This document shows, piece by piece, positions 29,268 through 37,534 of a stretch of 64,000 nt of DNA. The notes under the pieces were generated by a model that was not told the origin of the DNA, made no database searches, and saw nothing but the letters and a program-made list of their open reading frames with translations. Numbering within the stretch: the first letter of the stretch is position 1; every line of letters starts with the position of its first letter. The stretch covers positions 1 to 64,000 of IMG/VR virus record IMGVR_UViG_3300050335_000039, one strand, 5' to 3'. Made by a program: the position numbers and the translations under genes. Source of the DNA: a virus. Its lineage: Duplodnaviria > Caudoviricetes.

Positions 29268-29339
29268 AGTAGGGTAAGGATTTGCACCTATTTTATCTTT
29301 ATACATTACAAATGTATATTACGCCTATTACGATCCTAC
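29268..29339 (-). tRNA. Degenerate tRNA-Thr (UGU)-like
   Basis: Anticodon arm AUACA-UUUGUAA-UGUAU; T loop UGCAAAU; acceptor GUAGGAU/ACCCUAC with one mismatch; weak D arm. Confidence 0.5.
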
Positions 29340-29400
29340 CTAAATTCTTTATTTGCGCTTCCCTATTCAGTTATGAAAGTTCAATCTTGCTTATAATTTA

Positions 29401-29429
29401 ATTATAACATATTTTTATACGTTTGTCAA
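29401..29429 (-). promoter_or_regulatory. Extended -10 sigma70 promoter driving the tRNA cluster and polA operon
   Basis: TTGACA-17 bp-TATAAT with TG at -15/-14. Confidence 0.85.
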
Positions 29430-29459
29430 TAGGTAATTTTAATTAAATTGAATTTATTA

Positions 29460-29880
29460 TTTTATAAATTAATGCTTTTCACCTCTTGACTAATACAGTA
29501 TTTTAATTTCAAGCTATCAATTTATCAAAGCCTCAGCTATATAAATATAATGAGGCGCAATGCTACCCAGGTACAAGTAACATTGGGTTTATTTATGAGG
29601 CGCTACGTGATTACGGTAGTAGCATACCAACATCGCTAGCCAACCTTTTTCAAGGAAGCCCAGGTGGTCGAGTTTACCTATAGGCTAGCAACCCACAAGA
29701 CCGACGGGCGGGGACTCTCTCGCTAAAAAGCGAGCGTAGCATACCCCTTTCAGCCATCATTATATGATGACAGTCTTACTGTTAAATACAGTAAGAAGTC
29801 TGGGATTTTATTTGTCGCAATCGCTTACCAAAAATGGTGTACCTGTTAAGCGTTTTAGGGTTATAGAGCGACTATGTTTT
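29460..29880 (-). ncRNA. Candidate structured noncoding RNA of about 420 nt (alternatively a structured origin)
   Basis: No credible ORF, GC-richer than flanks, many nested helices, directly downstream of the minus-strand promoter at 29890-29919. Confidence 0.5.
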
Positions 29881-29889
29881 ATATTATAT

Positions 29890-29952
29890 ATTATACCACA
29901 AAACACAATTTCGTGTCAATATATTGACTTTTTTTTCATTTTGTGGTATAAT
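29890..29952. promoter_or_regulatory. Symmetric back-to-back promoter pair
   Basis: Minus: TTGACA-18-TATAAT (29919 to 29890). Plus: TTGACT-17-TATAAT (29924-29952). The -35 boxes form the palindrome gtcaatatattgac (29915-29928). Confidence 0.8.
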
Positions 29953-30019
29953 TATATTTATAGAGAGTTAACTGTATATACTCTCTTGTTTAATTATATT
30001 ATACCACAGAAAGGTTAAA

Positions 30020-30274
30020 ATGTCAATACATATTGGAGATAAATTATATAAATGTTTATATTGCGGTAAAGTATATTCTAAAGATGTCTTAGCCGATGCC
30101 TGTAGAGAGTCACATAATTTAATTTATATACCAATTAGTTATGATGACCTCCAGAGATTAATACAATATATTTGGGTTGGAGATAAAAATTTATTGACAG
30201 CTAGCTTAATGAATACATTACAAAAATATAATAGATTAGCTAAGGAGGAAATTAAAGAATTTAAAGATGAATGA
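30020..30274 (+). CDS. Small Zn-finger protein
   Basis: YKCLYCGK...ACRESH. Confidence 0.65.
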   Translation: MSIHIGDKLYKCLYCGKVYSKDVLADACRESHNLIYIPISYDDLQRLIQYIWVGDKNLLTASLMNTLQKYNRLAKEEIKEFKDE

Positions 30275-30467
30275 TGTATGTTTAGTTTGCGGAAATAATA
30301 TATTACCAAATGATAAAAAATATATGCTGGCGTGTGATAGGCCATTTTTTAATTTGTTTATTCATAGAGAATGTTGGTATAACATAAGAGAAAATTTATT
30401 AGACTGGTTAAAAATAAATATAGAAAAAATTGTTGAAATTACAAATAAATCAGTAAAAATAAGATAA
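30267..30467 (+). CDS. Small Cys/His-rich hypothetical protein
   Basis: CLVCG...HRECW. Confidence 0.55.
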   Translation: MNDVCLVCGNNILPNDKKYMLACDRPFFNLFIHRECWYNIRENLLDWLKINIEKIVEITNKSVKIR

Positions 30468-30517
30468 TTATTTACATAAAACATAAAAATATGTTATAAT
30501 TAATAATAGGAGGAACA

Positions 30518-30679
30518 ATGACAGATCAAACATTAAATATAAACGAAGAGCAATATTATGAAAGTAAATTTGATGAACCAGAAGAGATAATTTGTCCTGA
30601 ATGTGGACAACCTGCCGTTGAAAAAAATGGACATTGTCTAACTTGTCACGAATGCGGTTGGTCTGCTTGTGTTATGTAA
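30518..30679 (+). CDS. 53-aa stand-alone Zn-ribbon protein (not in ORF track)
   Basis: aggagg RBS; CPECGQPAVEKNGHCLTCHECGWSAC. Confidence 0.8.
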   Translation: MTDQTLNINEEQYYESKFDEPEEIICPECGQPAVEKNGHCLTCHECGWSACVM

Positions 30680-30682
30680 AAT

Positions 30683-31372
30683 ATGGCTGATAGAAGATTA
30701 ACTTTACCTGATAAGAAAAAGATTAGAAATTTAAAGCAATATAAAAATATGAGCGAAGAAGAGTTTGAAGAAATATGGGAGAAAAAAATTACAAACTCTG
30801 TTTTTCCTATCGAATTTGAGAAAAGAATTGATAGAAAATTAAAAGAGTTTGAAGATGATTATGATCTATCTGACTTAAAAGTAAACGATAAATTAGTATT
30901 AAGAGCTCTCATACAAAGTATTTTAACTCTGGAAGATTTGGAGAAAGTTGTTTTTGAGATAAGAAAAGAAGGTTTTGATGATATAGATAATGTGTTGAAA
31001 TTAGAAAAAATAAGTACAGTTATGAATAAACTTCGTAACGATATTTCTAATATGCAAACTGATTTAAAAATAACTAGGAAGCACAGAAAAGGAGATAAGG
31101 AAACCAGCGTTATTAATTATCTAGAGGATTTAAAATTAAAAGCTAAACAGTTTTATGAGAGTAAAATGAGTTATGTATTTTGCCCTAAATGCAATATGCT
31201 TTTGGGTACTGTGTGGTTTTTATATCCTTATGGTAAAAATAAATTAATTTTTAATTGTGATAGAATTCTTGAAAATGGAGAAAAATGCGATGGAGTTGTA
31301 AATATCTCTAGTAAGGAATTAATGGAAAATCGTGGTACTAATAATTTAAATATACCGGAGAGTATGAGATAA
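30683..31372 (+). CDS. Helical protein with C-terminal Zn ribbon, candidate terminase small subunit
   Basis: Coiled-coil core, CPKC...C...C; first large gene of the virion arm, upstream of TerL. Confidence 0.4.
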   Translation: MADRRLTLPDKKKIRNLKQYKNMSEEEFEEIWEKKITNSVFPIEFEKRIDRKLKEFEDDYDLSDLKVNDKLVLRALIQSILTLEDLEKVVFEIRKEGFDDIDNVLKLEKISTVMNKLRNDISNMQTDLKITRKHRKGDKETSVINYLEDLKLKAKQFYESKMSYVFCPKCNMLLGTVWFLYPYGKNKLIFNCDRILENGEKCDGVVNISSKELMENRGTNNLNIPESMR

Positions 31373-32295
31373 TGTCTAAATTAAATGTCTTATTTGTAGG
31401 TGGAGGAAGAAGGGTTTCGTTAGCCAAAAAATTTATTGAAAACGGATTTAATATTTATGGATATGAAATTAATAATAGAATGCCGCTATCTTCTGTTGGA
31501 AAGATTATTTGCGGAAAGGATTGGAAAGACCCTGAAATTTATTCAGATATAAAATATATTATTGATAAATATAAAATAAATTTGCTATTACCATTACAAG
31601 ATGAGGCCGTAACCGTATGCTCTAAAATACACGTTGACAATTGCGTTACATTAGCATCGGATTTTTACCCTAGTAGTATTTGCTTGGATAAAAAATTATT
31701 TGAAGAATTTTGTTTAAATTATTTTCCTGATATTTATCCAAAAGTATCTGGTTACCCAAAAATAGCTAAACCAAGATTTGGCTTTGGTTCAAGAGGAATT
31801 GCTATTCTTAATAACGAAGAAGATGAAAAATTTTTATTTAGAACAAATGATAGAGATTCTTATATATTACAAAAATTTGTACAGGGTACTGAATATTCTG
31901 TAGATACATATTTTGATAATTATTATAATGCAGTAGATTCTGTTTCTAGGAAAAGAGCTAGAGTAGGAAGCGGAGAAGTAATAACAAGTATAACTGAGAG
32001 ACAAAATAATATAATATATTTAGCAGAAGATTTGGGCCATTCTATCGGTCTTATTGGGCCAGTATGCTCACAGTTTATAGTTACTCCTGATGGGAATCCT
32101 TTCGTTTTGGAAGTAAATTCAAGATTTGGAGGGGGTTCTACGCTTAGTATAGAGGCCGGTTTAGATTTTATTAAATTGATTAAGAGCGAGTATTTTGGCT
32201 ATAACTTTAAATATACCAGAGGAGAATGGAAGAATAATTTGCTAATGGAAAGAAGTTTTGAGGATTTCTTTTATGAAGATAGCCCTAGACCTTGA
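31372..32295 (+). CDS. ATP-grasp ligase (short CPSase-like type seen in glycan loci)
   Basis: LFVGGGRRVSL, DK..F, KPRFGFGSRG, QKFVQGTEYSVD, LEVNSRFGGG. Confidence 0.88.
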   Translation: MSKLNVLFVGGGRRVSLAKKFIENGFNIYGYEINNRMPLSSVGKIICGKDWKDPEIYSDIKYIIDKYKINLLLPLQDEAVTVCSKIHVDNCVTLASDFYPSSICLDKKLFEEFCLNYFPDIYPKVSGYPKIAKPRFGFGSRGIAILNNEEDEKFLFRTNDRDSYILQKFVQGTEYSVDTYFDNYYNAVDSVSRKRARVGSGEVITSITERQNNIIYLAEDLGHSIGLIGPVCSQFIVTPDGNPFVLEVNSRFGGGSTLSIEAGLDFIKLIKSEYFGYNFKYTRGEWKNNLLMERSFEDFFYEDSPRP

Positions 32296-32656
32296 CGGTA
32301 CTTGTTGGAAACATAAAGAATTTTTCATAAATCTTTGTAAATCTATGAAAAATATGGGACATTCTATTGGAATACTAACGGCACATTTTGAGGAAGAATG
32401 TAAAAACAAAGATTTAGATAAATGGATAAATGATGGATTTCCACAACCAGATTTTTATATAGGTAGAAAAGGAGATGAACATAATATGCTAATAGGAGAA
32501 TGGAAAAGAAATATGTTAGATAAGTATAAAATAGATTATTTGTTTGATGATTTTGGCGGAAATAATTCTGATATAATTAATACGTTTTTTGAGAAAGATA
32601 CAGATTCGACTGTATTTATAGTTATACCCGGAGAAGATAAAAATGCCAAAGTTTAA
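32273..32656 (+). CDS. HAD-superfamily phosphatase-like protein
   Basis: IALDLDGT, ILTA, K, LFDD. Confidence 0.72.
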   Translation: MKIALDLDGTCWKHKEFFINLCKSMKNMGHSIGILTAHFEEECKNKDLDKWINDGFPQPDFYIGRKGDEHNMLIGEWKRNMLDKYKIDYLFDDFGGNNSDIINTFFEKDTDSTVFIVIPGEDKNAKV

Positions 32657-32861
32657 ACATATAAGGGATTTTGAATATTCTATCGAATTAGAAGATATGC
32701 CAGATGAAAATATTCCATTTTCTGAAAAATTAGAAATAACTATGATTAATTTGAAAGAAGCATTAGGTACTATATTATTTGCTCTCATTATTATAGTTAG
32801 TATATTATGTACAACTTCTTATATTGTTTTATTAATATATGAAAGGTTATTTATGAGATGA
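32643..32861 (+). CDS. Small membrane protein
   Basis: C-terminal hydrophobic helix. Confidence 0.55.
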   Translation: MPKFKHIRDFEYSIELEDMPDENIPFSEKLEITMINLKEALGTILFALIIIVSILCTTSYIVLLIYERLFMR

Positions 32862-33157
32862 GCGATACATTAGGAGGTCTAATAGATAAATTATTTACTG
32901 TAGATGAAAAAATGTTTTTAGCGCAAGAAATATTTTATAGAATAAGGCACATGAATTTTGAGGATTTTAAAAATGAATTTTATTCGGAAGAAGGAATGAA
33001 AGAATTATGGAATCAGTTCAAAAAAGGAATGGATCTTAATTTACAGAGAAACGATCTTATAGATGAAATTGATAGTAAAATAGTTGAAATAATAAAATCC
33101 GGTTTAGAAGGAAAAGATTTAGAATCATTTGTGCAAAGGAAATATAAGACTTATTAA
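32858..33157 (+). CDS. DUF4254-like helical protein
   Basis: DTLGGLIDKL...NLQRNDLIDEID...KY. Confidence 0.6.
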   Translation: MSDTLGGLIDKLFTVDEKMFLAQEIFYRIRHMNFEDFKNEFYSEEGMKELWNQFKKGMDLNLQRNDLIDEIDSKIVEIIKSGLEGKDLESFVQRKYKTY

Positions 33158-34014
33158 TGATTTCAGATTTAGTTTTTTATAGCTTTTATGGTGCAGGAGA
33201 TTTATTTAATTCTAAAGGAATAATAAAAGATATTATAGATAATGTAGAAGCTGAAAGATATTTCTATTGTCATAATAAAGGCGCTAATGTTTTTAAAGAT
33301 ATTGTAAAATTAAAATATTCTACTATTACGTATTTATGTGAAAATAAATTTCAAGCTAGAAAATTAAATAATGATATTTACATAAATACATGGATAGGAC
33401 TACAGCAAAAATATGTTTTGCCAGGAATTGGGATATTCTTAGATAAATATATAGAAATGTTTAATGAGTGTTTAACACAAACAGGTATAGATTATAGATT
33501 AGAAAAAAATATAGTAGAGTATATACCTGAAATAGATTATTCATTTTATAATACAAATATAGTAGATTTTATTATAGACAAAAACGAAAAACATGTTCTT
33601 ATTTGTAACGGAAAAGTAAATTCTAACCAAGCAAATAATTTTGATTTTGAACCAATTATAAATGAATTAGCTATCAATCATAAAGATATACAATTTTTTA
33701 TAACGGAGAGTTTGAGAGATTCAACACACGATAACATAGTATCTACTGAAGATTTATTTACTGGTTTTGATTTAAACGAAATAGCATATATTAGTACATT
33801 TTGTGATTTAATAGTTGGAAGAGCTTCAGGCCCGTTTGTATTTACACAGACAAAAAGCAATATATTTAATCCTAATAAAAAGTTTTTAGCTTTTACTTAT
33901 AATAGAGAAACAGCATATTTAGTAAGAAATTTAGATATTCCATCTAGAAGATTTTGGAGTAATAAAATAGATAAGGAAGGAGTTTTAAAGGATATAGAAT
34001 GTCACTTAGTTTAA
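33157..34014 (+). CDS. GT-B glycosyltransferase (GT9-like)
   Basis: N-terminal GAGDL; C-terminal LNEIAYIS..CDLIVGRASGP. Confidence 0.7.
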   Translation: MISDLVFYSFYGAGDLFNSKGIIKDIIDNVEAERYFYCHNKGANVFKDIVKLKYSTITYLCENKFQARKLNNDIYINTWIGLQQKYVLPGIGIFLDKYIEMFNECLTQTGIDYRLEKNIVEYIPEIDYSFYNTNIVDFIIDKNEKHVLICNGKVNSNQANNFDFEPIINELAINHKDIQFFITESLRDSTHDNIVSTEDLFTGFDLNEIAYISTFCDLIVGRASGPFVFTQTKSNIFNPNKKFLAFTYNRETAYLVRNLDIPSRRFWSNKIDKEGVLKDIECHLV

Positions 34015-34559
34015 ATAAAGATTTACTCGATAAATATAAAACAAAAATTTTTGTAGAAACAGGAACATATATTGGTGGCGGTATTGAAGTAGCATTACAA
34101 TCAGATTTTAATGAAGTTCATAGCATAGAAATACATAAACCATATTATGATGTTGCTTTTTCTTATTATAAAGATAACCCTAAAGTTCATTTACATTTAG
34201 GAGATTCAGCAGAGTTATTATACGATATTATAATAAATATAAAAGAGCCCATTACTTTTTTCTTAGATGGACATTCAATGATAGAGGGCGATACTACAGG
34301 AAAATATAAAGTACCTCTATATAGAGAGTTGGAAGCTATTTATACTAGTATTTTGAAAACAAATATTGTAGATCATATTATTATGATAGATGATAAACGA
34401 ATGATGAGTCAAAATAATGATGGATGGAATGGCGAGGTGTGGAATAATGTATTAGAAAGTGAAGTATTTAAATGGTTATTTAAAATAAATCCATATTATA
34501 AAATATATCTTGAAGATAATCCACACGCTAAAAACGATATTATAGTAGCAAAGGTGTAA
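33999..34559 (+). CDS. Class I SAM-dependent methyltransferase-like protein
   Basis: FVETGTYIG, HSIE, HLGDS, FFLDGH, MIDD. Confidence 0.75.
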   Translation: MSLSLNKDLLDKYKTKIFVETGTYIGGGIEVALQSDFNEVHSIEIHKPYYDVAFSYYKDNPKVHLHLGDSAELLYDIIINIKEPITFFLDGHSMIEGDTTGKYKVPLYRELEAIYTSILKTNIVDHIIMIDDKRMMSQNNDGWNGEVWNNVLESEVFKWLFKINPYYKIYLEDNPHAKNDIIVAKV

Positions 34560-34560
34560 C

Positions 34561-35997
34561 ATGCCAAAAACTCTAATAGGTATGGTTTCTTTTGGAAATC
34601 TAGCATTTACTAAGCAGTCTGTAAAATCTATAAAAGATACTGTAAAAAATGACTATGATATTTTTCTGGTTATAGGAAAACCAGGGGATTCTGAAACTGG
34701 AAAATATGCGTCGGAAGAAGGATTAAAACATATTTATCACAATGAAAATATGGGATTTCCATATTCAGTAAATGATATATATGATTTTGCATGGAAAACA
34801 TGTAATTATGACTATATAGTAATAATGGGCAATGATGTAATTGCATATCCATACTCTATAGATTCTCTCATAAAGGTAGCAGATACTACAGAAAATGAGT
34901 GGATATGCCCTGTTCAATATTCTGTGCAGGATTTAGTAAGAGATTTTCCAGAGCATAGAAAATTGTTTGGAGATAATTTTAGATTTTCTAATTTTGAATC
35001 CAGGTGTTGGGAATCATTTACAAATTTTACAGATAATATAAATATATCAGATAATGGAATGTCAGAAACACATAATCTGGCTCTTTACAAAAAATCATTT
35101 TTTGATAAACTTGGTTACATAGATGTTAATTTTTTTCCATGCTTAGTTCCAGAAACTCCAGTATTAACTTCAAAATTAACCTGGGTTAAATTGGAAGACC
35201 TAAATATCGGGGATGAATTAATAGGAGTTGAAGAATATCCAAAATCTAGTAAAAAATTTAGAAAATATAAGAAATCTATAGTTGAAGAAAAAGTATATAA
35301 AAAAGCAGAATGTTTAAAAATAACACTGGAAGATGGTAGAGAAATAATTTGTTCAAAAAATCATAGGTGGTTATCTAAATACCCAACTACAAAATTTTAT
35401 CATTGGGTGGAAACAAATAAATTAAAAGAAGGATATAGAATATGCTCACCCTTTAGTATAAATGAGTATATTAAACAAGATAATAGTGTCCACACGATAG
35501 AAAAAGCAGATACTATATCTCTATTGAGTAAATTATGCCATTATGATATAAACCAGGAACATTCAGACCTTATAATAACTAAAATAGAAGATGTTGGTAT
35601 GAAAGATGTTATTGATATACAAACTTCAACCAGAACCTTTATAGCAAATGGTTTAGTAACACATAATTGTTATTATGAAGATAATGACTTAGTAAAGAGG
35701 GCTTTACTATCTGATATAAAATCGTGTACTGTAACTAATTCAGTTTATTTTCATTTTTGGAGTAGAACAGTAAACCAAGAAACAGGCGGTTCTAATAATA
35801 AATTTTTTAATTTGAACCATAATTTTTATATTACTAAATGGGGAGGAGATTTCTTGCAGGAAAGATACTCACTTCCATTTAATGGACAAAGATATAGATT
35901 ATATAATGAAACTTATTTAGAACCAACAATAAAAATAAATAGCAGAGTAGCAGAAAAATCTATAATTGATTATTGGAAGTATCATGTCAATAAGTGA
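34561..35997 (+). CDS. Glycosyltransferase family 2 with mini-intein
   Basis: MGFPYSVN, VIMGNDV, FFP-C-YYEDND after splicing, YFHFWS, YITKWGG. Confidence 0.85.
   Translation: MPKTLIGMVSFGNLAFTKQSVKSIKDTVKNDYDIFLVIGKPGDSETGKYASEEGLKHIYHNENMGFPYSVNDIYDFAWKTCNYDYIVIMGNDVIAYPYSIDSLIKVADTTENEWICPVQYSVQDLVRDFPEHRKLFGDNFRFSNFESRCWESFTNFTDNINISDNGMSETHNLALYKKSFFDKLGYIDVNFFPCLVPETPVLTSKLTWVKLEDLNIGDELIGVEEYPKSSKKFRKYKKSIVEEKVYKKAECLKITLEDGREIICSKNHRWLSKYPTTKFYHWVETNKLKEGYRICSPFSINEYIKQDNSVHTIEKADTISLLSKLCHYDINQEHSDLIITKIEDVGMKDVIDIQTSTRTFIANGLVTHNCYYEDNDLVKRALLSDIKSCTVTNSVYFHFWSRTVNQETGGSNNKFFNLNHNFYITKWGGDFLQERYSLPFNGQRYRLYNETYLEPTIKINSRVAEKSIIDYWKYHVNK
35140..35667 (+). mobile_element. 176-aa mini-intein without endonuclease in GT2
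   Basis: CLVPETPVLT, LNIGDELIG, CSKNHRWL (block B His), VIDIQT...FIANGLVTHN followed by Cys+1. Confidence 0.92.
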
Positions 35998-37534
35998 AAA
36001 AGTAGAACAAAGTGATTTAATATTATATGAGATAATAAAGAATCCAGTATTATTTGGAGAATTTGTAAATAATATAGATAAATTGGATTTTGAAGATGAA
36101 TTTGAATTTACAGATTACCAGAAAGAATTTATATGTGATTTTAATAGTTATGAAGAGTTGTGTTGTGGCCGTGCTGTAGGAAAATCACTGTCATTAGTTA
36201 ATATACTTTTATGGGCACTAGTATATAATTTATTTCCAAATGATTATTTACTTTATACAGTACCTAGCAAGGTTCATTTGGAACCAATAATGACAGGTCT
36301 TTCTAGGCAATTAAGATCTAATTCTTTTTTGAAAAACTTTATAGAGCCTAGAGGTGGAATTAATAACTCAGATTTTACTATAAAGATGTTAAATAATGCT
36401 ACGCTATTATGTCGTATTGCAGGACAAACAGGAACTGGGGCTAATGTAATTGGTTTACATTCACCGTTTGAGATTTTGGATGAAGCTGGATATTATCCTT
36501 GGGGTACGTGGTTAGAATTACAACCAACATTTAATACATGGGTACCTGGGTGTAGAAAAATAGTATCGGGAGTTCCTACAGGATTAAGAGAAAATAATGT
36601 TTTATATCACGTAGATCAAGAAAATTCAACTTATACAAAGCATAGAATATCTGCCTATAGAAACCCAAGATTTACGGATTCTGATAAGCAAAGAGCTATT
36701 GAACAGTATGGTGGAGAAGATTCTGATGACTATATACATTTCATAATGGGGCAACATGGAAGGCCTGTATTTGCGTTGTTTGACAGATCAAATATGGAAA
36801 TTTCTAATTATCCTGTTTATAAATTAATATTTGATGGCCTAATATCGGAAAATCTAATGGATTATATTAATAAGTTAGCAATATTTCCTGGGCTTCCAGA
36901 TAAAAGTTATAAGAGTTTAATAGGAATAGATTTAGGATATACTGAGCCTACAGCCATATTTATTATGTATATAGATAACATGAATAGAATTAAATTTCAT
37001 GGAAAAATAACTTTAAATAAAGTTTCTTATCCAATACAGGAAAAATTTATAGATATGTTGGATACTAAGTTTGAACCTATTATTATAGGAATAGATAAAG
37101 GTAATGTTGGTATTTCTGTTATTCAACGGCTACAGGAAGATAAGGAATTTTTACATAAAGATTATAAGAATAGATTGATACCAATTGATTTTTCTTCTTC
37201 AATTACGTTGGGCATTGATAATGAAGGTAATGAAATAAAATCTAAAACTAAACCGTTTTCTGTATCAGTGCTTCAAGATTATACTAATAATCATAAGATA
37301 GTATATACATCAACTGACTTAGAAACCGTAGCAGAATTGGAGAGAATGACTTATTCTAAAAATATAAATGGCGATATAGTATATAAAACACTAACACAGA
37401 AGGGCGGAAAAAAAGGAGAAGATCACTTTACATCTGCTTTACTTTGTGGAGCTTTAGCTTATTATTTAACAAATGAATATATTTTAGTTAAAAGGGAAAA
37501 AGTAAAATTAGCTAAACCAATTTGGCTAATGTAG
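35984..37534 (+). CDS. terL: Terminase large subunit
   Basis: Walker A GRAVGKS, Walker B ILDEAG, nuclease GIDLG, DHFTSAL. Confidence 0.9.
   Translation: MSISEKVEQSDLILYEIIKNPVLFGEFVNNIDKLDFEDEFEFTDYQKEFICDFNSYEELCCGRAVGKSLSLVNILLWALVYNLFPNDYLLYTVPSKVHLEPIMTGLSRQLRSNSFLKNFIEPRGGINNSDFTIKMLNNATLLCRIAGQTGTGANVIGLHSPFEILDEAGYYPWGTWLELQPTFNTWVPGCRKIVSGVPTGLRENNVLYHVDQENSTYTKHRISAYRNPRFTDSDKQRAIEQYGGEDSDDYIHFIMGQHGRPVFALFDRSNMEISNYPVYKLIFDGLISENLMDYINKLAIFPGLPDKSYKSLIGIDLGYTEPTAIFIMYIDNMNRIKFHGKITLNKVSYPIQEKFIDMLDTKFEPIIIGIDKGNVGISVIQRLQEDKEFLHKDYKNRLIPIDFSSSITLGIDNEGNEIKSKTKPFSVSVLQDYTNNHKIVYTSTDLETVAELERMTYSKNINGDIVYKTLTQKGGKKGEDHFTSALLCGALAYYLTNEYILVKREKVKLAKPIWLM

Noticed and set aside
28832-29339. 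tmRNA
   Set aside because: No G3-U70 Ala acceptor and no tag frame linking two tRNA-like halves
29640-29725. RNase P RNA (GAGAGAGUCCCC and GGUAAACUC resemble conserved segments)
   Set aside because: No matching 3' P4 strand or ACAGAA motifs found; similarity too weak to call
29764-30018. 84-aa plus-strand ORF
   Set aside because: No RBS, runs through both promoters and the structured region, no recognisable motifs
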